In this document: piece after piece, positions 36,215-46,950 of the stretch | Numbering within the stretch: the first letter of the stretch is position 1 | How the letters are laid out: the number at the start of each line of letters is the position of its first letter | Origin: Utricularia gibba | Taxonomy: Eukaryota; Plantae; Magnoliophyta | Direction of reading: 5' to 3' | NCBI GenBank assembly: GCA_002189035.1 | Contig: CM007989.1 | Span: 3,224,001 to 3,288,000 of the forward strand | Length of the DNA stretch: 64,000 nt | Program-made: the position numbers and the translations under genes | Notes under the pieces: model-generated | Told to the model about the DNA's origin: nothing | Databases searched by the model: none | Seen by the model: the letters and a program-made list of their open reading frames with translations, nothing else

Positions 36215-36658
36215 TGAAAGAATATTTGTAGCTCACTATCTGGGAGCCTAAGTGCTTCAAGAGACTTAGAATGAACACAAAGTAGATTTCTTGAGCTTGC
36301 TCAATACAATGTTATCAACCATTTGCGTTATCTTATATTTATAGACAGCTCTTCTCGACCGTTGCTTGTAGATATAGATGCGTATTATTGTGGCAGGTTA
36401 CCGTTGGCGTAGTTGGGCCAATCAGCTTTAATCCTCTTCAAATCCAACTTGGGCCTGCTTGGTGTGAGTCCAGGCCTACTCTTTCTTCGTCATTGGATGG
36501 GCTCGTATTAAGCCCATTTTTGTGTTCATTCTTGTACGCCTCCCGCGAACTCTCTCCCTGTTCCTCTTCTTCGCTGCGCGCTGAGTGTTCTAGCACCATC
36601 TCAGAGATTACAGCAGGTCTTATGAAATTATCCAAGATTAGCTCATCATCAACCAACA
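36215..36658 (-). repeat. 5' LTR of the copia element (444 bp, TG...CA)
   Basis: Starts TGTTGG at 36658, ends TTTCA at 36215 directly before the PBS, and contains TATA-like CTATAAATAT near 36340. Its first 120 nt match 31706-31825 with 3 mismatches. Confidence 0.9.
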
Positions 36659-37264
36659 CAGATATCACTTTGGCCTAGATCTCATGGACAGGAAAAAAGA
36701 AATTAAAGAAATAATTACAGAAGTAATACAAAACATGTCTGATGATGATGATAATGAAAGAGGCGAATGATGCCAGCGACCAGGCGAGTAAAGATGGAAA
36801 ACGATGAATCCAGTTGGGGAGGGGGGGTGTGTGTGTGTGCTCCGGCTCAATATCCTATCTGTTCTGCAGCAATGTGATTTCTCTACTCCGTTGCTGCAGT
36901 GTAGCTGATCGTTTCATTCGCAGAAGTGGGTAGCTATAAAGGTACCCAGTACGACTGACAGCTTTGGTCAGTTAACCACATACTGTAGAGTTATCATTCT
37001 ACTCAGTTTCGTGAGGTTTAGGTTGTATTGTATGAAGCATGTTTTTACATTTTATGAGATTTTAGTGTGTAGTTTTACGGGAAAATACAAATTTTGAAAA
37101 ATGCACGGAATGATGGTATTGCCGTCGTATTAAGTACTTGCAGTTCCCGAGGACAACAACGTGAGTGTTTGCATGCAGTGTACTGAAAAGAGAGAAGTTG
37201 AAGGGTTGGCGGGGTTCAAGAAAATCTAATTTTGACATCTCAGAAGATAAACCATTGTGCTTCA

Positions 37265-40200
37265 ATGGAGATTAATGAGCAACTTTTCGATGGCATTGCA
37301 CCAAAAACAATCTCTGGTTCTACACAAGAGCTTTGTGGCGTGATTGAAATTTTGAGTTCTGATGATGAAGGTGATCCTGATGAAGTTATCACACTTCAGG
37401 AGAGGAAGAAAAATGTGGATGTGGATCCACTTATGGAGGTTAAAGGAGAACCAGTTGAGTTTAGTACAGCAAATATTAACAATTGCTCTTCTCAGGAAAA
37501 CGCACTTGTAGTAGATATATCAGGTTCTGAGAAGGAAACCGATGAAGAAGATGATTGGTTTAGCTTTGAAAATACTCCAAAAAAGAGGAAGACGACGTTT
37601 GATGTGCGGTCCCCGAGATTCGAGAATCTGCCGTCTCCTCTGAAGAGGCAGTTCTCGGAAGCTAGAGGCTGTCATACATCATCTGGAGCTGCTGGTGATG
37701 AGGTTTCTGATAGTGGCATGGGGATGGATTGTGTAAGAGTTCATCCAAGGTTTCTGTGCTCTAATGCAACGCGTCAAAATTGGGTTTTTGAAGGTAAACC
37801 AGAAAGAACTTCACGAAGTGAATGACCCTCTGATTCGTTGATGCTTAAGGTCTTAATTTGATGTTTTCCAGCATTTGCTGAACTTCTTGACAATGCATTG
37901 GATGAGGTATGATAATGTAGTGCTCTCTAGTTTACACATCTCTTTATTCTCATGGGTTTTCGCCGATTACTAGGCTGGTAATGGAGCGTCATATGTGAGT
38001 ATAGATGTGCTTGAAAACAAGACAGATGGGAGCAGAATGCTGCTTATAGAAGGTACCTTGATCGACCATCAGTCTATTGTTTTTCCCTTTGAAGTGGAGT
38101 GGCTGTTGACTCCATTTGCAACTGTGTACTGAAATTTCATAGATGATGGTGGTGGAATGAGTCCAGATCAAATGAGGCACTGCATGTCTTTGGGTTTTTC
38201 TGCAAAGACAAAAGTGGTGAACTCAATCGGGAAATGTGAGTTCTCTTTGTGAATCAGTGGACATAACAATGAAAACGTTGCTCACTTGATCTCCAAACAC
38301 TTCTACAGATGGAAATGGCTTCAAGACAGCACCATGAGGCTCGGTGCCGATGTTATTGTGTTTTCTCAATCTCAAGGAAACAATGAAAGGTTTTTTATTC
38401 CTTCATCTTGTACATTTTATCCGAAGCTGGAACTCGGAATATATCGATGTATTTTCAGGTCAACTAGAAGCATAGGATTGTTATCCTATACATTTCTGAC
38501 AGAAACACAGAGAGAAGATATCATAGTTCCAATCGTAAGTTAGTGGCTCTTACCCAAATGACCTCTGGTTAAGTGTCTCTGTTCTCATAATTGTGTGAAC
38601 AGCTTGATTATGAATTAACCGAAAAGGGCTGGAGAAAGATAGCAAGATCTACTAGTAATTGGGATCTTAATGTTGCTACCATGCTTCAGTGGTCTCCTTA
38701 TTCTAGTGAAGAGGACCTTCTTCAACAGGTTGTGTTTAGCATTTATCCTTATCATATACCACTCAATCTATCATATGACCTTATTCCTTTTCTCCTGAAT
38801 CTTGAGTCTTCAGTTTATTGAAATAAAGGATCAAGGGACCCGGATCATCATCTATAATCTTTGGGAGGATGAAAAAGGACTGTCGGAACTTGATTTTGAC
38901 ACTGATGCATGTAAGCATTCGCAAAGTTAATAACCATCCTCTCATGTCCAATCGATGTTTGATCCAGATGAACTTTTCAGGATATTCAGATCTGGGGTGC
39001 TAACAGAGATGAGAAAAATTTAAAGGTGGTCAAAAAGTATCCGAACTCCAGAAATTTTCTTACCTATCAATATTCTTTGAGGGTAGATGCTGCTTGCTAC
39101 ACTGATATCATCACATCTGCAGCCAGCTAAGTTCACAAATTCAAGGTTATTCATTATCACTTAATGCAACTGCAGAGCTATGTAGCAATGCTCTATCTTA
39201 GAGTTCCTTCTGGATTTAAAATCATGCTGCGCGGGAGAGATGTTGAGCACGATCATATAGTCAATGATATGATGATGACACAAGAGACCATTTTTCAACA
39301 CCAATCCGAATGTGACGAGATCCCAAAGAGGTCCAGTGTAAGTACATTCTTTGTCTTCATTGCCATCATCACATGAATTATGTGATTTTTGGCTGTAATC
39401 TTGATGCTAGGTGACTGCAAGTGTCACTATTGGATTCATCAAGGATGCAGAAGCCCATATTGATGTGCAGGGGTTTAATATCTACTACAAAAATCGGCTT
39501 ATTAAGGTAGTTTTTGTGTTTAAACACATTGACTTATCTTTTCCTACATTGCATAACGCATTACTTCCATTCATCCTGAATCTATTGATGTTCTTAGCCA
39601 TTTTTTAGAGTCTGGAATCCATGCAGCACCAATGGCCGTGGAGCTATAGGTATTGTGCACCTTTGAACTCAAAGAACAAGGCTGTGAAGGTGTTTGATCA
39701 TATACCATTCTTGTTGCAGGTGTTGTCGATGTCAAATTTGAAGAGCCAAAAGATGATGAACGGGGGGTTGATTTTGCACTTGGAAGACTTGAATCAAGAT
39801 TAGCACAACTCCACAAGTCATATTGGTGGGGCTTTTCATGCATCACACGATATACTCTCTGCTCACTCTAATTTTCGCAGTTCTTAGACTACTTCAGGTT
39901 ATAATTGCTGTGACATCTTTGTCTTGTGGTGCTTCTTCCAGGAGATCAAATTGTCATAAAATTGGGTATTCCATAGGGAGTAAAGCAGCAACACATAAGA
40001 GAGGTATGATTTACAACCTTCCATGGATGTTGGCGTTTTTTTTGTCATTGCGTGTTGTTTACACAGTAACGAACTAGTTCATATCATATTTTCCCTTTCA
40101 TAGGTTCCTCCCAAAAGAAGACAGGCAGTTCAAAACATAAGAAGCATGCTGATGAGATAGGGAGTTGTGGGAAGCATGAGTTAAGAACTCCTGAGAAAAC

Positions 40201-40709
40201 AATAACTTATATAGAAATGACATCTTCAGATGATTCTACCGATGGTGATATGATTGAGAATGATAGTGTTCGACAATGGTCATCAACTGTGGAGATAACT
40301 GGAAAAAACTTGAACATTGGGATCAATGGTTTCAATGCCAATGAGTCATCTCCATCGAAATCCCTGCATTCAACAGAGAGCAAGATACAAAGAGAAAGGT
40401 TTGTGCACTTCATTGCAACTTCACCTGTCCTCATTTATAAAGATTCCTTTCTATGTTTATAGATCAATGCCAGAAGAGATTTTGAGAGATGTGCCTCGTG
40501 ATCTTGTGAAGGAAAAAGAAAAACACAAAGCTGCTGAAGCCCAGGTACTCTAGCTTATGACTGATATACTAAAGAAAACAGAAACATAAAATGTCAATTT
40601 TCTTGCTGAGCTAACTCCGCTTATGAGGATGTTTCCTTGCTGCCGATTCCAGGTACAGGAATGGAAAAGTAAGTATATAGAAGGGGGAGATCAATGCAAG
40701 TTACCCTGA
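37265..40709 (+). CDS. MORC: MORC-family GHKL ATPase (MORC4/5/7 clade), divergent, about 17 exons; two apparent frameshifts (38328, about 38910); may be a pseudogene
   Basis: RVHPRFLCSNAT..W..|AFAELLDNALDE|, |DDGGGMSPDQMRHCMSLGFS, IGK|YGNGFK[T]STMRLGADVIVFS, SIGLLSYTFL, GTRIIIYNLWED, YSLR|SYVAMLYLR, VQGFNIYYKNRLIK and YW|RSNCHKIGY. The start codon is inferred. Confidence 0.88.
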
Positions 40710-41245
40710 ACTGGGATATGATGGATTCCAATGCAAATGTGATTCCAATTGTAAAAAGAAGGTCCACATTTCTATCACTACAGTATCTAAAACTTTTGGA
40801 TCAATGATTGCATACTTCACGCGGATCTAAAATTTACAATTCTTGTATTGAAAGTGAGTAAGAATGTCATTAGATCACATGAACTCGTATAAAATTAAGA
40901 CCTCCGGATTTCTCGGAGGATTGGTATCGCCAACTTGATGATGTACTTGTAAGTCAAACTCAAGACTCAAAAACATGGTTCTGATCCGAACTGTCCAAAC
41001 GAGGCGGCTGGACTGTTGTTCTTTGTAATTGTCCAAAAGATTTAATTTTTGTGATGAATTTAAGTAGGGCAAACACAAATTCTTATAAATTATGAAATGC
41101 GAGCAGTTACTGGATTTTTGTCCTTCGCCAGGGTCGTAAATTTCCTTCCCTGTGTTCATCGATTTAGGGTTGGTTAATGCTGGGTGAAACAAGTAGATAT
41201 GTGTAGATGACAAAGAGAAAGAGGGACGATTCTAGAGAACCCAAC

Positions 41246-43432
41246 ATGGAAATTGTGTGGGAAACCCCCGCGAATCCTCCCTGTCGCCAAGATTACATTT
41301 TTCGAGAAGGTGAAGTTTTGAACTTCCGCCATTATCAAGGAAAGCTTAGAGCTTTTTACATATTTTGAAACTTATTTGCAGGAATAAGATACGTCAGGCC
41401 CTACTACTTCGAATTCATCTCACATGTATGCATGTTTATATGATGTGATTGATTGTCTAGTGTTGGTGGTGGGGGTAATGGCGGATCTGTGTTGTAAATG
41501 AGTCTTCCGCTTTCTTGTTTATGCTGCAGGCAAAGGTTAGATGGGCTGGGAAGACGATTGTTGATTTGTTTACGGATGAGTTCAAAGGGCGGTGTCGCGA
41601 GTATTATGTATGTGATTTTGGTACTTCTCCTCAGCTTCTCATCTTCTCTTTAGTTGCTTGTATGGGGCCATTGAAAAAAAAAGTTGCGTGAATGGGATTG
41701 ATAATTGGTAGTTGTTGATGATATACATTTTCTACTGAGAGACTGTAGGTTGAAGCAGTGAAAGCGGGGCGTATAAAAGTTGGTGGGCAGAGAGTACCTA
41801 CTTCGTATGTAGTTCAATCGTCAGAGAAAATAAGCCACTTTCTGCACAGGTTGTTCCCTGTCTCGTTTCAGCAAGTTTTGACTTTGTAGTTCGGTAATTA
41901 ACACGCTGAAGGTTGCAGGCACGAACCACCTGTCCTGGCTGCAGATGTTGGGATTCTCAGTGTTGAGCCAGATGTCTTGACTGTTTGTAAGCCCGCATCA
42001 GTTCCTGTGAGTTTTTGCAATCATATATGTGAAAACTGTAGTTTCTTGTGTTACGTGTTATGGCTGATCTGATCCTTGTAAATGAAAATGCAGTTGATTT
42101 TGAACTTATGGTTGGGTTGCATTTCATTCCATTAGGTGCATCCATGTGGTCAGTACCGGAAGAACACTGTAGTAGGCATACTCCAAGCAGAGCATGACCT
42201 CGCGCCATTGTTTCGTATCCAGCTTTTCCCTCCATTGTCCCCATTAATTCATCAATTCATCAATTCATTACCTCCTGGCTTTTAACAGAAACCTTGATAT
42301 CTAAATTTCAGCAATTCATCGATTGGATCGTTTGGTTTCCGGCCTTCTCATATTGGCTAGAAATGCTTCCAAGGCTGATGCTTTTCGTCAACAGGTATTG
42401 TATCACTTTTTTCTTAGAGATAATTCCATCATGTCATAAGCTTGCAAGGCGACCCACTGAAGGGTATGCTTAATCTCCAACTTCGCTTTGCCTCCTACAT
42501 TCAGTAAGTTTGTGATCCATATCCTATTGTCTCAGATTGAATCAGGAGAGGTAAAAAAGCAGTATATTGCGAGGGTTGTGGGAGTTTTCCCTGAGGATGA
42601 GGTGCTTGAATGTCTATTTTCTGCTAATTCTTATATCTGTCATCCTTCGACTTGAAGCTTTTGAACATACATTTGCAGCAAGTTGCTGATGCTCATATCA
42701 TCTACAATGCTCGTGAAGGAAAGAGCACAGTTGGGGTACAACTTTCCACTAGTCTTATCTTTTGTGTTCGGATATTTCCACCTGACATTCTTGAACTGGT
42801 GTTTATATGTTCATTCAGGTTGGAACTAAGGGTTCCAACGGCAAGACAGCATGTACCAAATTCAAAAGAATCAGTACCAATGGAACACAAAGCCTTGTGT
42901 TGTGTGAACCTATCACTGGTAGGACTCATCAGGTAACAAAAGTTGTTTCCTTTCTTCCAACCAGACGACTACATGAATCAAGATAATTTTTTTTTTTCTT
43001 CAGATACGTGTACATTTGCAGCATCTGGGCCATCCAATAGCCAATGACTTGCTGTACCTGTTGGAATCGGTTCCTGGTCGAGCTCTTAGAGCAGCAGCTA
43101 TATTCCCTTCAGATTCCAACAGTGGTGATCATGGAAACTCGACACATGACATTGTCCCCGATTTTGATACTGATCCGATGTGCACAAACTGCCCAGAGCT
43201 TGCGCCTAAAGGGTGAGAATATACCTATTTTCCTTACAGAACAATCCTAAGGAATTTCTGATGTGAGGAGATCAAGAGCTTGTTTCAATTCATGCTAAGC
43301 ATAACAACACTGCTTTTGTTTTTTTCATGCAGATATGGACATGAAGATGGATTATGGCTCCATTGTGTTAAATACTCAGGCCCTGATTGGACATATGAAT
43401 GCCCATATCCCCAGTGGGCATCTCTTGGCTAA
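41246..43432 (+). CDS. RluA-family RNA pseudouridine synthase (plant 'RNA pseudouridine synthase 7'-like), 12 exons, intact
   Basis: MEIVWETPANP, RYVRPYYFEFISH, VCKPASVPVHPCGQYRKNTV, catalytic [35 protein letters not shown], CTNCP and LWLHCVKYSGPDWTYECPYPQWASLG*. All exons splice in frame. Confidence 0.93.
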
Positions 43433-43836
43433 TTTGTGTATCATGTATTCTGCTGCATTGTAGATTTGCTTAGCTTATTTCAAGTTCGTATAGAATTTTG
43501 GGATTCTTTTGAAAAACATCTTGTGTTCCAATCCATTCAGGTTCATCCTTGAGCACATGCTCCTTCGTTGGGAATGAGGGGCTCTTATTTTTCTCACCTG
43601 ATTCACGTGGGTAGTTAATATCCTTGGTCATGTGCTGCATGCTAACATTAGTCTTCTCAATTTTCGTAAATACTGCAATACACACACCATCGGATGAGAT
43701 GGTGACGAAGGGCGGCCGGGTGGGTGCCGTAGATGGGAGGAAAGATGAAGCTTGGTAGTACTGCATCGCAGTTGAATTTGAGATGACGCAACCCCACACC
43801 TTTGGAGCAGACAGATGGCAACATTTTCTGTTTCAG

Positions 43837-44073
43837 TCAACAGATGGGAACTTCCAATATGGACACAACGGCCATGCAAGATCCTACAACAAAGGAATGA
43901 TTGGAAACTTCGTGGAGACATTCTGTACAAGTGTTCCTCCATCCAGGAACAATTTCCGGGCCAAGGAGACAAAGAGGACCCTTGGGGTTGCTCATTCCAT
44001 GGGTTCAAGCTCCTTTGTAAATTCTGGATGGGAGCCTTGTTCTGTTCTACAGTGTCATAGAATGTTCTTTTAA
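43837..44073 (+). pseudogene. Orphan last exon of a DHHC protein S-acyltransferase (PAT) gene
   Basis: After the acceptor tgtttcag: STDGNFQYGHNGHARSYNKGMIGNFVETFCTSVPPSRNNFRAK, resembling the PAT TTxE...NPYNKG..NF.E.FC..IPPS.NNFRA motif. No DHHC exons lie upstream. Confidence 0.7.
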
Positions 44074-44371
44074 GAGTTTTGTGCATTGGCTTATTACAAA
44101 GAATCTGAGCAAAAACTGAAAAATTGACAATAAAACTACCAAAAAATAAAACTGGTAATTGACACCGCTTGTATGTTGTCAGAATTCATGTGCTCCTTCA
44201 ATGGAATGGGGACATTTCATAGAAATTAAAAACCGAATGAGTGCTAATGAACCACATTAGCACATGACACATGTTCTCTAGGTTAAAAAATAAAACGGTA
44301 GAACTTCAATGTCAAAAACAGCGCTAATCAATTGGCCACTCATATGTTTGTGCTACAAGAACCAACACGGA

Positions 44372-44898
44372 TCACTGCTGAAGGCGCTTCATGATAAGAA
44401 GAGACATATCCATGTAGCGCTGAGCACAGTTGGTTAAGCACGTAGTTTCACTAGAACTAAACTTGCTACCAGGGGTACCCGTGATGCATTTGTCCCAGCA
44501 AATGGATGTAAGTTTTCCAATCATTTCATTCACCATAGCCCTTTGTTTTTCTTCCTGTAAAGTTTCAAGCAACACAAAATCACAAAATAGGCTAAGCTAA
44601 TTCTGTTCAAATCATCCAACGCAAAAAAAGAAAAAGCAAATACAACAAGGCAGCATATGACTTGAACGAAAAAAGGGCATCCAAAATCCCAGTTTCTTCC
44701 ATCATAAAAACTTCTACCAAAACAGAAGCACGCCACAACTCTCTACATGGATTGTACCAGAAAAATCCAAAATATTACACAATTTCCAAAAGATCGCAAT
44801 CTGAACAGAAAAAATCACACAATTCGGAAAAGGAACACGCAGATACTCACATTAAGAAAGGTCTGTAGCTCCGCCGAATTAAACGCCGAAGGATCCAT
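44372..44898 (-). CDS. TIM8: Mitochondrial import inner membrane translocase subunit TIM8; 2 exons (44898-44851, 44554-44372)
   Basis: MDPSAFNSAELQTFLN|EEKQRAMVNEMIGKLTSICWDKCITGTPGSKFSSSETTCLTNCAQRYMDMSLLIMKRLQQ*, with the twin CX3C motif. Confidence 0.95.
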
Positions 44899-44977
44899 TA
44901 GAAACAAAGAGAATAGTTGTCTTGAGCTTCAAACTTCCAAAACCTACACAGAACTCCCCGCCCCTTTTAAATAGACG

Positions 44978-45020
44978 TGGGCCTGATTGAATCCATCATT
45001 AAAGTTATTGGGCCTGGGCT
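44978..45020. promoter_or_regulatory. Three site II (TGGGCY) elements in the TIM8 proximal promoter
   Basis: TGGGCC at 44978-44983 and 45009-45014, TGGGCT at 45015-45020, 80-120 bp upstream of the ATG. Such elements are typical of nuclear genes for mitochondrial proteins. Confidence 0.55.
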
Positions 45021-45359
45021 TTTAACATTTTAATCTACAAGAAAATTTACCTTTTGGCAGTCTGGACCAAATGAATATAAGGATGAAAAAGGGATAAATA
45101 AATTGAATCGAATATAAATTATGTTTTTTACTATTCAAATTGAATTTGGATTTTAATCATACTATTCAAATTGATTTTAGATTAATAACTATAAATCCCC
45201 TCATTTATTTCTAGTTATTTGTTTTTAGATTTTTTTTGATTTTATATCAAGTAGTTATTTTTTTCATTACCTGAGCAATAAATCTAATTTCGAGTAAATA
45301 AATAATATTCAAAAAGAAAAAGAGTAATGCCGCAAGGATTTTGTTGTCTTGGAAGGCCT

Positions 45360-45628
45360 TCAATGTCTTCTTTCGGGTCGGGTTAGAATCTTATCGGTAT
45401 TGCGATTTTTGAGGCGGCGGAGGAATTGGTTCTCGACGGTTTCACACCCGCAGCAAGGGCACGCCGCATCTCCATGCATCGCGCATATGACATTGCAGTG
45501 AGGGCACTTCACGTAGTTCTGATATGAGTTCGGAAGAAAGGCGTCCGCCTCCTCCGTCGCCGCCGCACCTGACCTCTGCTGTCCGCCGGCCTTTCTCGAT
45601 CTCCGAGGAGGTAGGGGAGGGATGCCAT
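45360..45628 (-). CDS. Candidate small (~89 aa) zinc-ribbon protein, single exon, needs +1 C at 45614-45617
   Basis: ATG in acaATGGC context at 45628. With one C added it reads MASLPLPPRRSRKAGG...YVKCPHCNVICAMHGDAACPCCGCETVENQFLRRLKNR...ERRH*. It is a GC-rich island within AT-rich flanks. Confidence 0.45.
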
Positions 45629-46549
45629 TGTAATCACGGTGGGGACGGCGAAGTGGAGGGAAGTACTTTTTTTTTCTTTTTGAATGAGGAACAAATTTAG
45701 TGGGTCCCTTTATGGAGTAGAAGGAACAAGTTTGGAAACTGAATATCAAAAGAATATTACTCATATAACAAAGTTTGATATATTTGCTCAAAACATAGAA
45801 ACTTTGGGTGGGGTGAATTATATATTATTATAAAAATATTTAAAATTCGAAAGCTTAAAAATCTAGAGACAAAATCTTTCGTTTTGATTTAGATGATGAA
45901 TTGATGTATAGTTTTGTATGATAATTAAGTTATATAGTGAATAGTTATTTATGTTCAATTTATTTAAGTAATAATTTTTATTTTTCGAATATTTTAAAAT
46001 ATAATAAAATTATTAAATTGATTTTAGTTTTATAGTTGGGGATAGATAAATTTATCTGTCTTTAAAATATTTAATGTTGATGCCGCTTCAAGGAACATTG
46101 CTTATTTGGGAAATGTCCCTCTCTTTCAATTTATAAAAAAGATTGCTTTTTGTTGGGTTGACTTGTCTCGAGAGTGCATCGAGTTGGCAACGATCCCTGT
46201 GCCTGCGGATGGCGAGTTGTTCAGGCTTGAGTCGCCAGCGGGTTCGAACCAGGCCCATTATGTCGTCTATTTCGGTTTGAATTCAGGACGAAAATCGATC
46301 GGTTGTTTTTGCTGCTGGAGCTGGGAACCATCAGTATTAGTCACCGATTTCAGAATGTTTCGAAGCACTTGGTGTTGGAAGTTGCTTACGGGGTGGTGAA
46401 ATCGAAAGGTTTCTCTTTTCTGGGCACCCATTTTACCTAGAGTAGGATTTGCCTTCCTTTTAGTTCCCTACTGCTCCTGGAGTGTTCTTTTTCATGTTAT
46501 TTGATATGGGCTTTTTGGGCCTGGGGGAGAATTTCCTTAGTTTTTATAG

Positions 46550-46950
46550 GACCCAATGGTGCTGCTGCTGAGTGAGTGCTAGCACTCGCAGGTGTTCTTA
46601 GATTATTAGTTTTTGAAGCTCAGCATAGCAGAAATCTATGATGAACATCACATAAGACTTCCATTGGGTGGCTATGCTTTAAGATTGTTGCTTTCGGACT
46701 ACTTCGATGCACGTGTCGTACAGGTCTGAGATTTTAATGAGAATCCAAGTATGAAATAAGAGGCGTACATGGAAAACTAGCATGCAGAGAGTTCTATGCT
46801 CATTACATTGTGTCTGTGCTGTTTCATTGCTACGCAGCAGGGATGCGGTTGTCCCGGATTGAAGTTATTGGCCCCATGTTCTCCTGAAGATGCACGGGGC
46901 TTGCTCAAAGCTGCCATTTGGGATCCGGATCCTGTTGCACTTCTTGAAAA
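46550..46950 (+). pseudogene. Two-exon fragment of mitochondrial pyruvate dehydrogenase E1 beta
   Basis: atag|G PNGAAA...AQHSQ|gt (degenerate), then [38 protein letters not shown]|gtaagt (donor at 46951), matching PDH-E1beta motifs with indels. The other exons are absent. Confidence 0.8.

Larger units (their letters stand above)
31706..36658 (-). mobile_element. Ty1/copia LTR retrotransposon (Ivana-like), decayed; gag-PR-INT-RT-RNaseH
   Basis: Gag PTFDGRGDYDAWADKM with two CCHC knuckles (CPYCKQKNHPVSNC, CNFCKEKGHIERVC), PR WLIDSGCNNHLT, INT (WHKRFGH, LIFVDDYTKYCW, LRSDNGGEY, QNGVSERRNRT), RT ([34 protein letters not shown]) and RNaseH (YVDSDFAG, SSAEAEY, IDNKSAI). In-frame stops (e.g. TAG near 33118) and frameshifts are present. 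Confidence 0.95.

Noticed and set aside
46200-46257. tRNA/SINE-like A-box (TGGCGAGTTG) and B-box (GGTTCGAACC) pair
   Set aside because: No cloverleaf: the T-stem does not pair and there is no anticodon arm, only a simple hairpin.
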